A DNA stretch of 64,000 nt, taken from contig NC_043018.1 in assembly GCF_006345805.1 (NCBI RefSeq), positions 19,840,001 through 19,904,000 on the forward strand. Reading direction: 5' to 3'. Below are positions 63,926-64,000 of this stretch, one piece after another. This stretch comes from Octopus sinensis. Taxonomy: Eukaryota. The translations under genes were made by a program, and so were the position numbers. A model generated the notes under the pieces. That model was not told the origin of the DNA. It saw only the letters and a program-made list of their open reading frames with translations, and did not search any database. Every line of letters starts with the position of its first letter. The stretch's first letter is position 1.

Positions 63926-64000
63926 GCATGTCTGCAATCCACAACAGAAGTGTTATATAAAGCACTCATGGTGTTACTATGTAAAAGCGCCCATGCAGTG

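Overview
Eukaryotic, AT-rich, repeat-saturated window with one 100-N gap (29492-29591). The SINE families and microsatellite density are most consistent with an octopod cephalopod (Octopus); this is an inference from repeat content. No protein-coding gene can be firmly supported. Most long ORFs in the track are translations of microsatellites, a minisatellite or SINEs. The only recognisable protein matches are dead transposon fragments: mariner transposase N- and C-termini, CR1-type RT ends and RTE-type RT ends. The rest is tRNA-headed SINEs, a (GAT)n-tailed retroposon, non-autonomous Helitrons (TC...CTAG at A|T), piggyBac-, hAT- and Tc1/mariner-type MITEs, and a foldback element. Observations most worth following up: (1) three long fold-back palindromes at (TA)n tracts, all associated with hammerhead-ribozyme-like sequence of Penelope-like-element type, one with a complete type I hammerhead core; (2) a twice-repeated minimal hammerhead variant; (3) two independent Helitron copies with the same '~110 nt of 3' flank rejoined near the 5' end' geometry; (4) a composite insertion templated from two neighbouring loci; (5) a SINE with a 103-bp flanking duplication covering a hairpin; (6) a 145-bp minisatellite expanded in only one of two local paralogues.
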